A stretch of DNA of 64,000 bases, taken from the NCBI GenBank assembly GCA_036172245.1, contig JAYWIR010000001.1, positions 10,912,001 through 10,976,000 of the forward strand. The letters run 5' to 3'. The position numbers and the translations under genes are program-made. The DNA is from Raillietiella orientalis. Lineage: Eukaryota. The notes under the pieces were generated by a model that was not told the origin of the DNA, made no database searches, and worked only from the letters and a program-made list of their open reading frames with translations. Within the stretch, counting starts at the first letter, position 1; every line of letters begins with the position of its first letter. Positions 37,551 through 51,233 of this stretch are shown here, one piece after another.

Positions 37551-40500
37551 TTTCCATGCTGCTCACGATCACTCTACTTGCCTACAGACAACGCTCTGAA
37601 AATGGCTAATGGCTGCTTCAACTAATCTTGGAAGGACGCTCGATACTGGCCGAACTGTCGAAGGAATGGAAATGTTGTGACGCTTACCTGCGGTAGCAAC
37701 TGCAAATTTCATCTGGAGATCCCTGCTGGAGCTGGAAGGACGCGACGTTTTTTCCTCGAGTTCCAATGGTTCGCTCTCGATTTATTACCTGCATTTGGCA
37801 TCATTCTGCTGCACATTTCGGAACCAACTTCAAGGGCATTACGATGCAATCCTTCTAAATGATGCTGCTTTGTCAAGGGAAGCAGTGAATACGTTCAGGG
37901 AAGATTAATGGGTATTTAATGATAATTCCATCCAACATAACGATCTCCCTGATAGGAAGGATTCTGTGTCATGAACTTCATTGCTCCCTGCAAACATGCA
38001 CATCTTAAAAAAAAACACACGCGAACACACTCTATCTTTCGTGGTAATGACACGAATGATGTCTACTGAGATATTCAGCCAAAGACGACTCCAAGGAGGC
38101 AACTGCGGAGCGTCTCGAATCTCCTGCGAGCAGAGTGAAAACATTCTTCCGACAAATCTTCTTTGCGTTTAACTCAGCATCGCCGATCGGCATAGAAGGG
38201 TGGCGCGGACAGCCACACTGTCCTGGCATGATCTGATTCGAATAAATATGCATTCGGGATCTGTACATAAATTTCATGCTGCCGCTGATCAATTTTTACG
38301 AGCAGCGTATCTTTGGAAACTTCGGGTCCGAATTCCATTGCTCCAGCTTCCTTCACGTGGATCATGACTATTCCTTCTATTTCTGATTCCGAATTCACTT
38401 TTGAAGTCTTTTCGTGCTGGTAGTCAGGATTTTCTCACTCGGCCGCTTTCCGTACGGGAGGAAGCATGCTGAGTCTAATAGCCCAGAGCCATTTTGCACG
38501 AATGAAAGCTTCGAGCGGAACATCCAGGAAAATCTCTTTGCTACGAGTTAGATGCAACTCTGCTGCACGCCCTGAGATGGAACAGCAGTCCTCGAGGTTT
38601 TGATTTGTTCGGGTGTATACCTCTAAGCAGGCAGCCATGGAGGAACCGCAGTCTCCTCACAGAACTGCATTGGGTGGACCACTCATCATCAGAAACTTCA
38701 ATAGACTTTCGATGGCTTTCGGTTTCTCTATCCTAATCATCAAATACAAGAGTTCATAAACTTACCTTTGCATCGGAGATGCTTTTGCTTGAAACACAAG
38801 ACCTGCAAAGCAACGAATACTCACCAAACTCATAGGATGCTGAGATCTGTTCGTTTTCCTAGCTCATGTTCACCTGCAAGACGTTTAGATATGCTAGAAG
38901 GGACTTCACGTTCCGGAGGGTCGCTAGAATAGCTGCAGACATGAAGCAATCCCTTTTCACTGGAACACTTGTGCATATCCAGGAATCTGACTGCTGTGGG
39001 ACTTTCCTTCAGAACGAATCATCGTGTTTCCGTCTTCTGTTCGACAGAATCGACTTTGCTGGATTTTCCATCCTGGCCGATCCTATCAACTTCGCGATCT
39101 TTCCCTGGAGATGCTTCCAAGGATGTCGAAATCCGCAAAAACAGCACCAGAAAGCAGTCGAGGTCACGGAGGAGGTACCTTGCCAGGTTTCCGCAGACTG
39201 CTGTGGCGCTGTGCGCTGCGAGGGCATCCAGATTCTTCGTTGCCAGTGAGACCGCATCTGCAGGCGTTGAAGCCCAAAGAGCGCCGTCTGACCTGACTTG
39301 TCCCTCAAGCAAGCGTGTCACCTGCGTGTCTAGAAATGCAAACCATGTGAACTGTAGGCTGAGTTCTGATGTTATAAAATATGTAACACGTGTTGTGAGA
39401 CGTATATAGCAATTTATGGAATGGCTACCATGCTGATAAAACGAAAGTGAATTCACGGGTTGAGTATATGCACGAGATTCGCTTAATGAAAGAGTTTTAA
39501 ACGGACTCGCTTGCAGCCCCACAAAAAGGGAAGCCTCAAAATGCAACCAAGGTCTCCAGGGCTGCATGCACCATAAAATCTCAGTCTATGTTATTGGAAT
39601 GTCAGACAACACCATTTTGCTGATGTTCAAGGATCAACATGCTGGTCGACCAGCAGGGTAGATGGTCACAATTCAACCGCAGCCATGATCCAGAATCATG
39701 TGCTTGCATCTCTGATGAATCCTGAGTTCTAGCCAACCCTCCTAGTAAGTGATTGGCTAGAACCCCAACTCCTGTTCCTCCACTTCTCTTCTTTTCTCTT
39801 CTCACACGTACAGGTGGCCCATCCGAATGTGAAAGTCACATCCGCACTGGAGCTTCAAGAAAGACACTGAATGTTTCAACTGTGCTTTCGGATAGTTCCC
39901 ACTTCAAGTGCCTGCATGTCAGGATGTCCAGAAGTTCCTGCACGATCAAGGATTCCTCTTGCATCTAAGAAATCACCGCTTTTCGCTTTGATGTAAATGT
40001 GAAGATCTCTCGTGATGGTACTCTGGCCCGGTCGAGCTCGATCGAGCGCGTGGAGCAAACCATCATCGGAATGCTTCCATGAGAGAGAGAGAAGGGGTGA
40101 AGAGGGAATGCACGCCGGTCCGACGCCTGGGCGCGAGCATGAGGGCACATAGATCACATGGGTGCAGCGCCACGGCCATGCTCCCGGGACTGCGCGGCCT
40201 GCTCTGAGACGGAAAAAGGGAACGACCTCCGGGAGGAGGAAAGGCGACTCCAGTTCATCCCTAACGGGTTTTCCTGTCTCATTTTCAGATCTCCGGAAGA
40301 AGAATTTTCGGAGAGAATTCTTTCGTCACTCGCACCTGAGTATCCGGAACGAAGGCGCGGTGCCAAGTACCGAGTTGAACAAGATTTCTTCTGGAGATGA
40401 TTTCGAGGTTCGGATGAGAGCAGTGGGAAACCAGATTCAGCCTCCCACTATCTGCTAGTGAGAGACCTTGGACACGAAGCACGGGCGGTCGGGAAGATAG

Positions 40501-40922
40501 CCGGGCGCGCAGCAGGATCTGCGGCCTCTCGCGCAGTTCCCGTGACGTGGAGAGACCGAGGCTGCTTCTTGGAGATAGTTGGAGGGAGAGGGAAGGAGCG
40601 TCCCACTGGGAGAGAAGAAGGAGAGAGGATAGGAGAGCTGCTGTTGAGGGGGAGGGAGAGGTTGTGTTGTCAGCTTGTTACCACCATCGTGATCCTGCTT
40701 CCCTCCTCAAGGCAGCATGGTAGGGAAAAACCTCCGCAGTGATTCTGCAGACCCTCGATGCAGACAGGAATGTCTGCTCCCTAGGGTCTCTCCAATTCCT
40801 CCGCCGTTGGTGCAAGTCCTGCATTCGGGAGATCGGCGAGAAGGAAGAAAGCGTTACTCTTTTTCCGATTTCGATTTGGGACTCTCTTCCGTGATTTTGC
40901 CGCTGCTGTTCGATCAGTGCGG

Positions 40923-40985
40923 TTCATCATCATTGTCGTCGTCGTCGTCATCGCCATGATCGTGATCATCATTATCGTCGTCATG
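40923..40985. repeat. (TCA/TCG)n trinucleotide repeat
   Basis: TCATCATCATTGTCGTCGTCGTCGTCATCGCCATGATCGTGATCATCATTATCGTCGTCAT. Confidence 0.8.
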
Positions 40986-41149
40986 TTTCCTCAGCCACGG
41001 TGCAACTCATCATTTCATTCTCGTGGAACCTCCAGCATCCAGTAGTTTGGGAAGCGGGGGTATCAAATCGTCCTTTTAGGGATGAATGCACTTTCTCCAA
41101 AGGAAGGGTAGGGTGGAAGGAATGATGAGAATTCAATCTCTTAACCCAC

Positions 41150-41560
41150 TTGCTTCCACACTTTGCGTCCTGAGGAGGGGTCCGAGCGCACGCCGAATCC
41201 TTTCAGAGCTGCGCAGCCTGATCGACGCTTCTCTTCAGACTCAAAGCGCGCCGCCGACCTGGACAGACACCATGTTTGTTGGTTATGGTCGTAAAGGAAC
41301 GAGGAGCACCTCCCAGAGACGCCTGGTCCTCTCCTGCATGGCCGAAAGCCCTCGTTCTTCGCTTTCGTGGAGGACGCTCTGCTGCAGTCGGTCTGTCGGA
41401 AGTTGCCCTCTGTCCAAAAGAGCTGAAGGACTCCAAGGTTTTGGGAGAATGAGGCATCGGAGGATCTTGAAAATCGCTTGCTACTCGTCTGAGCTCAGTG
41501 GACAGCATTTCCAAGCACCCCTGACCTCCCGCACTTGGAAGTGCTGATCCACAGAGTGCA
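41150..41560 (+). mobile_element. Decayed LINE RT N-terminal remnant
   Basis: LRSLIDASLQTQSAPPTWTDTMFVGYGRKG resembles L..LFN.SL..G..P..WK...V.PI.KKG. Confidence 0.4.
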
Positions 41561-42039
41561 GGGGTCATCTCGGGGCAGCTCCCTGATCCCCAGTAGGGGA
41601 AGACGGCGCAGTGTTTTCCCTTAGGATCGGAGAAGTCCCCTAAGATTTCTCCCGGAGTGCAAAAGGAAAGGGACGAGCCCATGCGCAACTCCTGCGATAG
41701 GTTCACGCCCACGAAGGCACCGAAGATGGATCCATGTGCTTGGCTTCCCTGAGTCGAAAGAACCGGCAATCGTAGTGGAAAGCCTACCTTCCAGCAACCT
41801 TCTGCTCCTCCTCCTATGTAGCCTTCTTTTTTTCTCCCATCTCTTCCTCTTTCTCTTTCTCCTCCTTTTCTTCTTCTTCCTCCTCCTCCTCCTCTCTCAC
41901 CACAAAAAAGGGGGGGGAACACATCATCCTTCCCCCCCCCCCAAAAAAAAAAACATCGTGCAGTTTTATTACTTTATCGGGCATTGAAATTGCTCCGCGT
42001 TCAAAATGTTTGAGCGGAGACGGAAGTTGGAAAGCGGAG

Positions 42040-42630
42040 GCTGAGGAGAATCGTCGGCCGGGCTTTGCGTGGGAATCCTAGGCGAGCGTAAGAGGCGCGA
42101 AGATCTCTACATGAGTTGCTTACCCCGTTGCCTGGCAGGAAGGGCTCACGGGCCGGAGCAAAGCCTCTCAGGGGATGCCCGAGGTGTCCACTTTGCCCTC
42201 GGAAAGGGTCAGTTGATCCATGACGGCAGGGCATGGCGTCCTGCTACGCCCTTCCATGTAAACAGTCGACTCCATCTTCTCGCTCAAAGGGCTAGGAGAG
42301 ATTTCTCCTTCCCCTCCTCCCCACCCGACGGGCTGTGGCAGGGAAGTTTCGACCCCTGGAGGCTCTTGACCACAGCTCCTGGTACAGTGCCGACAAGTGC
42401 CACTTTCAGTGGTGCCCGGCTTGTTTCTCTCGCGAGAAGGTTGCACCCCTGGCGGCGTGTTCGGAAAACCACGAGGTGGGCGAGCGTGGATGCCCTCCGG
42501 TGGCCCGAAGGTTCCCGCGTGGGTGTCCTGCCTCGGTCTTCCGCGGTGTCCTTTAGATTCACGTATCTTTTTCTTTCTCCCGGACTTCCGTGCTGGAGAC
42601 GGAAGCACTTCCGGTTGCCATTCAAACAAA
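42040..42630 (-). mobile_element. Decayed Tx1-like ORF1 remnant directly downstream of repeat S3
   Basis: DQLTLSEGKVD..RPVSPSCQATG..SCRDLR..LGFPRKARP parallels copy C ORF1 (HKLEVASESVD..KPRYCGYCDAVGH..CPNIECYMCEEKGHVRRVCP) with cysteines decayed. Confidence 0.4.
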
Positions 42631-42659
42631 CTTCCCGGGAACAGGATGTGCCCTTCTGA

Positions 42660-43075
42660 GCTCTTCCTTTTTACTTTCTCTCCTCCTCCCTACAGAGCCT
42701 CTCCAAATTTCTTTGAAGGGAACAGCGCGGTTCTTAGACTCTGGAGAGGCAACCCCCAAGGAGGGTATCAAGCATCTCCATGGTTGGCGATGGTACGGCT
42801 CCACTTTCTGATCCGGAGAGGAATTCCGAAGGGAACCGGCTCCTTGTTTCCTGAAAGGATCCCGGAGGGTCAACTTCCAATTCCGGATAATCAACAGGGG
42901 CTACCGCCAGTGCTCCACACGAAGCCTGCAGGACAACCAGCGTCATCCTGTAGGGGGCACTGTAAACTCACGTCGCACCCTCCATTCTCTGCGTCGATCC
43001 TCCGTATGGGGATTCGAACCCGCAACTCTTTTTGCCACTCGCGGAGACCGTAGACACACGGACGGCAGCGAGGGC
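42660..43075 (-). repeat. tRNA-headed dispersed repeat family, copy S3 (head half)
   Basis: - strand GGTCTCCGC..GCGGGTTCGAATCCCC head, followed by body segments shared with S2 and S5. Confidence 0.75.
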
Positions 43076-43799
43076 CGATCTGTTGGTGTACCAGCCTTTC
43101 TTCTGGATGCTGAGGTTCGGTTGCATACCAGAGGAGGCAAAAAAATAGAACAAAATGAAGTAAAAAGATCCGCGAAGATGACGTTCCAAGGAGTTGTGTC
43201 GAGAGGGCAGCTTTCGAGCACGGAAAGGTCAGATGATTGATGTGCAGCAGAGACCGCGTCGTTCATTAAAACGGCATAAATCATCGAAAACAGTCGATGT
43301 CCGTGCTCCCTTCCCTTCTTCCTTCCTCTCCTCCTCCTTCCTCTGATCCGGGCAGGCAGAGTCCCCGAAAATTCTTTACCGAAAAACAATCGGACTGTGC
43401 GGCATCTGGGCTTTGCCTTCCGCCGGTGCGAGGCAGGCGCAAACAAAAAGGCATAAAAGCGGCAGCCACCACCCCCAAGGCGCCTGCGAGACACAATGGG
43501 CATCGACAGACAGAACTTTTATTATTCAGAATCAGATAATTCATCCCTCTCTCTCCCTCTCTCCACCCGCCTCCCTCTCCTTTCAAAGAGACTTGGTCGA
43601 TCGAGACGCTCGCCGATGTCTCAATTCCGACCGCACAAAGAAAACGTCTAGACACAGGCTCGTGGCTATTCCCGTCACGCGCGCAGACGCATTCATCAAA
43701 GCGCTTCGTGGGTTTTTGTCATTCCCGGGGGATGGTCCATATAAATGTTTACGAATCCGGCGCGCGGGTCTGTAATGAAACTGATTCGCTAGGGAACAC

Positions 43800-46700
43800 G
43801 TCCGTGGACCAGCGAGAATCGCTGGGCGAGCCGTCGCGGCGGGAGCGGTTCCTCTGCTTCGTGCGCGCGTTCCCCAGGAAGCGCGAGCGCGCCGGCAGCC
43901 GCCGGGAACGCAGGAATTCCCGTCGTTCCCTCCTCCCCGTGCTGCGTCCGTGCGAAAAAAAGTTCAGCCGCAGGGAAATCTCCCTCTCCGCCTCGCCTTC
44001 CGCGAAGGCATCCGGTCCAGCAGGAAAAGGGGAGGAGGGTAGGGTGCAGCCGACCGTTGGCACATCGGTATACCGTAGGAGAGAGGGAAAAATTCCTGAC
44101 CCCGAAGTAGCCTTGCGCGCGCATTCGCGCCCCCCTCCCTTCCCACCGCGCAGGCTGGGCTTGCGGCCACCAGGAGATGCAGGCTGTGCGAAGACGGACC
44201 ATCAAGGACTCTCCTGACCTCCCCAACTCGACTGCCCTGAGACTTCCCGAGCAGCCTGCAGACGGAGAGCTGGACTGAGTGAAGGTGCTTCTCCTCCCGA
44301 GAGTGGCCGCGTCCTTCGGACGAATGTGTCCGTGCCTCCCCCCGATTTTTCAAGTCTCGAGCTGGCCTGCCTTCCCTCCGGCGGAGGAATCCCGGGCGGA
44401 TTCCGATCCTTGGACGTCCCCTGGGATCGAGCGAATTTCCGGGAGTTTGTCCGGCCGGCAAAGCGGGAGCGCGCAAGTCGTGCGGCAGTCAGCGCAAGCG
44501 GAGCTCCGAACCGGCCGGCGACTTTTCATCGACGTCGTCCAGGGTACTGCAGCCTGCGCTGCCTCCCAGCCTTCTCCGGACACCCTCACGGCCAGAGTGG
44601 CGCGGCGCCGACGCGGTACGACATGGGAAGGCCGAGGTCGATGCGCAGGGGGAGTTTGCCACGGGGGGTAAATGAGCGGGACGAGTGCTTGCCTGACAGC
44701 TGGTCCTCTGCCAGGTTCGCATTCCCTGCAAGAGCGACCTGCAGTCATGCTAGCAGTTGCGAGGGGCGGTTCGCGCGGACGAGGTCTCTTCCATCTTCCA
44801 TTTCGACTTCCCATTTCTTCTCTCTTCTTACTCATTTCCAGTCGCAACCTTGCTCGTTCATCGCGGACCACGCCGCTCCTCGAGACCGTGTCGGCGAATC
44901 GCAGCAAGGGTGTGCTTCCGGTCCGTGTTCTCTGAGGGGATGGCCGCGCGGGATTCCCGCCCCCTGGCGCTTGCCGTCGCCTTCGAGCCTACCTTTAGCA
45001 TCTCTTCTGAATCTTCCGCTTTCCTTTTCAGCATGCAGGTGGCTTGGTGCGCTCCCCGTGCGCTCACCAAGCCATTTGCACTTCAAACGTCCGCGTGGAG
45101 CAGTGTCCAGTGTTGACCTCCTTGCTCCAGAAGGAAGCGCGGCCTCTCCTGAGTTGGCAAGGGGACCAGGATCCTAACCGGGTGAGTTCCGGAGGCCGAG
45201 ACAGCCTCTCCTGGAGGAGGACAGAGGGCGCAAAAACGGGCCGGCGAAAGAAGCCAAAGAAAAGCAGGTTGGAGGTCAACAAGAACTTTCAAGAAACGCC
45301 GCGAGTCTCTTCCCCCCCCCCCCCCCCGAAGGGTGCGAAAGGCGTCTCTCGGAAAATTAAGGAGCCCGAAAGCGGGAGCGCGCCCAGGGAAGCAGCTGCC
45401 CAGGCAAATCGCTGATGATTTCGTTCGTGGACATAAAAGAACAACCTCAGCCGGAAACTTGACTGAACCTTCCTGCGTTCCTGTGACTGAAGTTTTTCCT
45501 TCTGACAAAGAGCACCTGGCAACCTGCAGGAGCAGATCCGAGATGGTTCCCACACGACTTCGAAAGGATGCTTCCGTCTGCGAGGATCAAGAGACGGTGG
45601 AGGACTTTGGGCATCTGAAGAGCCACGCTGCACGCCACGGGGCAGGAGACCCCCACATCGCGACCTCCAGCCCGGAGGAAAACGCGAGGTGGCTCTCCGT
45701 GGAAAGAAGGGAGGCAGACCGAAGAACATTCTGGACCCCCACCGGAGACTTCTGGAACTGTTTGCTGGCTTCCTGGAGTAGGAGGAGACGCCTTTTGTCG
45801 CGCCGTCCCTCTGCCCCCCTCTGGATACAGACCGACAACCTCCCAGCTGACGAAACATCAAGACGGACCCTCGGAAGATGCTCCTGGGGAAAAGACTGCT
45901 CTCCTCCCTCCCATCCTTGGCAACGGGCATTCTGCGAATTCAGGCGCGGGCGGCTACAGCAACGGCATCCCGAAGCTGCTTGGCAGAATCACCGCCACTC
46001 GAAGACCTGCAATTCGTCTGAACACCTCACCAAGCGACCGCGTCCTCCTGTAGCCGTTCCTGGTCGGCGCTCGACGGATAGAGTGGCCTTGCACGCGATC
46101 CATGGGACCTCGGTCACGCCGAACCTCGCTCCTGGGTTCCTTCCAGATCAGCCTCGCCCTGGAATCCCTGCGGAAAGATCCTCGCGCGTCTTCCTCTGGT
46201 TTTAGCCATGCATCACCGGCGGGCGGCCATTAGTGGTTTCATGACGTTCACGCTCCCCGTCGCTTTTCCCTTCTCACTACGGTGGTTGAGGTCCACGGAG
46301 ATTCCAGAATCAAAGCGGATTAGCCCTCCGGAAGGAGGATGGATGGGGAGGAGGTAGAGAAGGAAAGTCAAGTCGAATCTTCCTTGCCGCCCCTCCCCCT
46401 CCACTCTACTATGGTCCACTCGGTTTCTTCTGAGCGGCCGGAACACCACGGACACCCACAGAAATCGTTGTGCCGTGGCACGCCATGAGTCATAGCTCCA
46501 AGGGGAAAAAATTCCTGATAAGGGATGCTCCACCTCTTCGAACGACTTTCCCCACCGTCCTGCGAGTGGACGGAGGCGCTCACTGGCTTCCTCTTTCCCT
46601 CCTTCCAGCTTTGATGAGCTTCCCGTCCCGCGGAGCCTTTCCGGGAAAACGCCACACTTCTCGGCTGGAGCCGGCGCACACAGGGTCTGCCTTTTCTGTC

Positions 46701-48240
46701 CGCGCTACCTGGCGTCCGTGCCGGTGAGAGTCGATCCCGGGACTCCGGGTTTCGGAGCGGGAGGGGAGGGGCACGAAGGGAGGGCTTGCGAAAGGCGAAC
46801 GGGGGCAAAGACGGTGCCGGCAAGCCGCGTTCCATTCTTGCGAGCGCCCGCGAGAGGACAGGTGGTCTGAGGCGGAGACCACGATCTTCTGCTCTGGAGA
46901 TCGCTCTTGGAGAAAGAGAGAGGGGGATTCGGGGACGCACCGGCTCCTGTGACTCCCACCTTCCTTTTTTCTTTTTTTTCTCCTTTCCTGCCTCCAAGCA
47001 AAGGTCCTCCCGCTTTGCTCCTTCTTGCTCCTCCCCCGTTTCTTCGAGCCCGCTCGACCCTGAGTAATCGGGCGGCACTGCGATACATCCCCTCGGAGAG
47101 TAGCCTCGCCTCGAGGGCATCACCGAAGGAGAAAGCGTCGGGAATGCTCCTCTTCGCAAAGAGCACAGGGTCTTCCTGAAGTGGTGGCGCCACCAGGCGT
47201 TCCCAGTCCAGTTGGTTGAGTCGGCGTGGAGAGGCGCGACCAAACGGAGCAGTCCGCGTTGCCAAGGGGTCGCTGCCCGCCGTCTCGAGGCCCCTGGTAG
47301 AACCCCTTGCGATGCTGCTCCCAGTGGAGTTCCGAGCAGGGGGAGAGAATTTTCTTCGCTACAGGGTAACTGTTGGCCTACTTCGACGGAGAGGAAGCCT
47401 CTGCTGACATGTCAAACCTGAATGGCCCTTTTCTGCACACCTTTTGCGGAACCGGTCAAACGTTGCTGACCCAATGGTCAAAACGCTCTCACTTGCATCT
47501 CGAGAAGGTGGCAGGCTTAGACAGGGGTGCAGATTCCAAGAAGGGGTGGTGTTTTGCGGAGTCCCCCTGCTTCCCTGTTGCGAACGGTGGCAGAGCTACC
47601 ACCTGCGCAGCTTCCCGTGTCCCTCATTTGCCATGCTGCTATAGGGGGACCTCCGGGAGTTTTCTAAGGTCGCAGCGAGGGCTCCTCCAGCATCTAGCCA
47701 AGCGCTGGCGCTAGATCCCCTCGGAAACCTCTTGAGAATAAGCAGGTCAGTTCCTGTCCCCTTCGGCAAGACGCAGCCGTTTCCATGAAATGGGACCCCG
47801 CCGGCCGGCGAGCGCACGATTCGCTTCGCTTCTAAGAGAAAGAAGGGAGAGACAGTAGCGGTGCGCGTAGGGGACGTCGGCTGCCGCCGAAGAGCGACAG
47901 AATGCGGAGATTCTCGGGAGGCAGTTGCCCGAGCAACTTGTTTTTTTTCTTTTCCTTATTTTTTGCCCTCAGGTTTTTTTTTTAATCTTCGGTCGAACTC
48001 GACTTTGCTTCCACTGGCGAAAGCCTCAGCATCGGTGCTGCGGAGGCTGAGTTCGCACGAGAGATCCAAAGTGAAAATCTTCATCCGCCTGAGAGAAGCG
48101 GGCGCTTCTTGTCAGTCTTCCATCTCAAGGAGGGGGAGCCGCTTGCCGCAGCTCCTCAAATTGCCAAAAGACAGTGGAAATCCTTTTGGAGTTCTTTCGT
48201 TTCCGCTGCTTCGCTTTCAGCTTTTTTTTCCCCTTCTTTT
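43800..48240 (-). mobile_element. Highly decayed L1/Tx1-like element body (ORF1-, endonuclease- and RT-like remnants) downstream of repeat S4
   Basis: IPDAFSFGDALEARLLSEGMYRS (ORF1 pre-knuckle-like, about 47050-47160); VEGEGR..LYLLP..VDLN (APE-like, 46270-46410); weak RT N-terminal-like peptides at about 44250-44460. Confidence 0.35.
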
Positions 48241-49040
48241 TGGTTTGCCACGTGAAGAAGAACCGCTCGCCTCCTTAGGGGGGACTCACGGAGCTCTTCG
48301 ACACGGTCCACGTCACCCCAGGGCGTGTGTGACTCGTCAAGTTATAGGGTGTAACCACGGAAGGAGACCACACTATGAATCCAGAAAGGCTCCCGTGGGA
48401 GGATTCCATTCCTCTCACGCTTGGGAGGGAACCCCAAGGGAACCCTTGTCATGGTTGCCTCCGAAGGGAATTCCAAAGACAACCTTTTCCTTACTCTCTC
48501 TAGGGGGATCTCTTGGAGGAGTACTCCATCATTTCTTCTCCGAAGGGAACCCGGAAAGGATCTGCTCCTGGAATTTCTTCCCCAGAGGGAACCCGCAAGA
48601 AAACCGCTCCTTGTTTCTTTCTCTGAAGAAAACCTCGAAGGGACTCTTCCCAATTTTCTCTGAAGGGTGCTCCCCGAAGAGAGCAGCGCGCTTCTCACAC
48701 TCTGAAGAGGCGACCCCCTGAGGGAAGTATCAACCGTCTCTTTGATTACTGGAAGGACTCCAGAGGTCCTTTTAGTTCCAGCCACTTCCAAAGAGGGACC
48801 CAGAGGGTAGGCTTCCAATGTCCGTCAGTTAGTCCGGGGCTTTTCTGCTGCTTCCACCAGCGCCATCTCACTCGAAACCTGTGGGTCAACCAGAGTCATC
48901 CTGCGGACAAAAGGGGGGGGGGGCTCAAAACTCACGACATCCCCCCAATTTCTCGGTATCGATCCTACCCTGGGAGGGATTCGAACCCGCGACGGCTGGT
49001 GTCAAGAGCGGAGACCCCAGCCACGCGGCTGCCAACGTGG
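48240..49040 (-). repeat. tRNA-headed dispersed repeat family, copy S4 (best-preserved head)
   Basis: - strand CACGTTGGCAGCCGCGTGGCTGGGGTCTCCGCTCTTGACACCAGCCGTCGCGGGTTCGAATCCCTCCCAGGG (A-box-like + B box); about 8 degenerate ~40-bp monomers at 48420-48730. Confidence 0.8.
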
Positions 49041-51233
49041 GCAAGCTGTCAGCAGTCCAGCGATGTTCTTTCTCTTTTCTTTCTCTCAGAATTTCAAAAG
49101 GACCAGGACGAATGGAGCAAAGGGTTGCTGGCCCACTCTGAGGGAGACACTAGAAAATGTCTGCAAGAGAGTCCTTTCTTTCCCTGCCATTTGTTTGTTT
49201 GTTTATTTTGTTTCAAGCAGGAGGTTAGCTATTTTTATGTAGTAGTGAAAGTTTATTTGTTTAATTTATTCTAAAATAATTTGGAGTTAAAATATGTATT
49301 TATAATTTCAAATAGTAGTTAATTGACTAATATATATATATTAGCATAAATTTACACAATTTTAATATTATTATGTAGCATAAAAATATTTACACGCGTA
49401 ATTTATTTATTATATAATACTATTAATTTCATACCTGATTTTAAATATACTGTTTATATTAAATCATGAAAGTGAATTAAAATATTCTTTGATTTATACT
49501 GAAAGCTACCCGAGGAGGAAGGACCTTGATCTGCATCTCTGCACTGCTCTTTGGGCAAGGACGTCGTCATGTGCTTCTCCTTTTGGGGAGGACGATGTCC
49601 CAGCGTGCCATCCTCGAGTAGCTCCGCTACGTGAGGCTGGCTCACAGGGACCGCCATTGCAGTGGACCGGATAACAAGAGGAGCGCCTGCCTCTTTGGTT
49701 CTCTGTTCATCACTTTCGTCTGGAACGCAGAACGCAAATCATTTCTCCGTTCTCATTCCTCTCCCTTTTCTCCTTCTCTCTCTTCTCGTGAGCTCCTGGT
49801 CTCCACGGATATTTTCCTTTGCGTCGGCAGTGCGCGACCGCGACCCCGTTTGTGGAAAATGCAGGAGGAGTCGGGACTTCTGGCATCTGCTCAGCATTCA
49901 CGATCCTCTCGGCCATCCCTGACGCAAGGAGAAAATCAATCGATCAATCAATTACAATTAATCAGCTTCACAGAAGAATCAGAAGTAAAATGTTATCCTA
50001 CTAGATGAATTGGTGAATTATGATAAATGCATGTGAAGACATACATGTACTGTACGTTTGCGCAAATGTATTCTTGAATACACGTGCATATTAATCATTC
50101 AAGAAAACTGCATTCCATTTTCTTTTATCCCCTCTATATATATGTAACATTCTTGGCCTTTTAGGTGAATGACGAACAGTTGACTGTCATGTACGAAACT
50201 GTATGTGATCCCTGAGGCAGTTGTCAAATGCAATGAATGGGGTATGGGATTCCTTTGAAAGCTTGGCTTGCAGATCTAGACGTCCTCTAATCTGGATACT
50301 ATGAAAGTTATGCTGTGCATCCTTCGAGCAGCAATGCAAAAGTTTTCAGAAACTTGTAGTTTCCAGAAGTGAATAGTGATGTGCAAGACTGAATTAAAAT
50401 GGATCTTGGTAAATGGATTTGCTTTTCAAATGACCCTAGCATTTAGAAAAGAAATTTGTTAGATCCTAAAGAAATCTGCTGCAACTGTTCAAATCGAATT
50501 TCAAGAATAAGGATCGAACGCATGTGTGGCTACCCTTCCAATGGGTGCATCCCTGGATTCCCATCCCTCTTGGCCTTCAGGGTTCTAAATGTAATCGAGA
50601 TGGACGGCGACTATTTTTGTCGCCATGACAGGCGGAATGCCGGGAGGACGCGGACCGGCCTCCTAGCTGAGGAGGGAGGTCACGAAGCCGTTTCTGCATT
50701 GCCTGCGAGCATGAAAGAAGGAAGAGCAGGAAGCAGCAGCTTCCTCGGCTGCTGAGGATGGCTGCAACGGAGGACAGTGAGGATCCCGCGGAAATGCTGT
50801 GATCATTGGTAGGTAGAGTGAAGGAAAGTCCTGAGGACCTGCGTCTCCGCGCTTGGTTTGCAGAAACAGAGGTCAAGTTGCTGGCGAGGTGCCTCAAGCG
50901 TTTTGCTGCTGCGGTGGTTTGTTCCGCCTCGTGAAGTGGACGAGAGATTCTGCTGCTGCCCCAATGGAGCACCCGCCTACATCCTCTTCCTATGACACTC
51001 CGCACCCCACTTCCAGCGACCCCCTCCTCGGTATCCCCCCATCCCAGTTTCACTCCTGCATCTGAAGCCCTAAGATGACGATTTCTGCATGACTTCCCTC
51101 CCCATCCCCATCTAACTGCTGCTGTGCAATTCGAAGAACCGTCACAAGGTTACACAGGCGTTCAAGAAGTCGGAGTCCCAGAGCTGACCCTTTCCCTCAC
51201 TGGTCGTCCATCTCCTTCCTCCTCTCACTCCTC

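Noticed and set aside
44326-48721. Several 280-290-aa ORFs (44326..45177, 45333..46205, 46368..47243, 47861..48721)
   Set aside because: No coherent domain; they overlap decayed retroelement and repeat sequence.
48420-48730. CRISPR-like array
   Set aside because: Units are degenerate tandem monomers without unique spacers; eukaryotic context and no cas genes.
48965-49040. Functional tRNA gene
   Set aside because: B box present but no convincing acceptor stem or cloverleaf; it belongs to a dispersed repeat.
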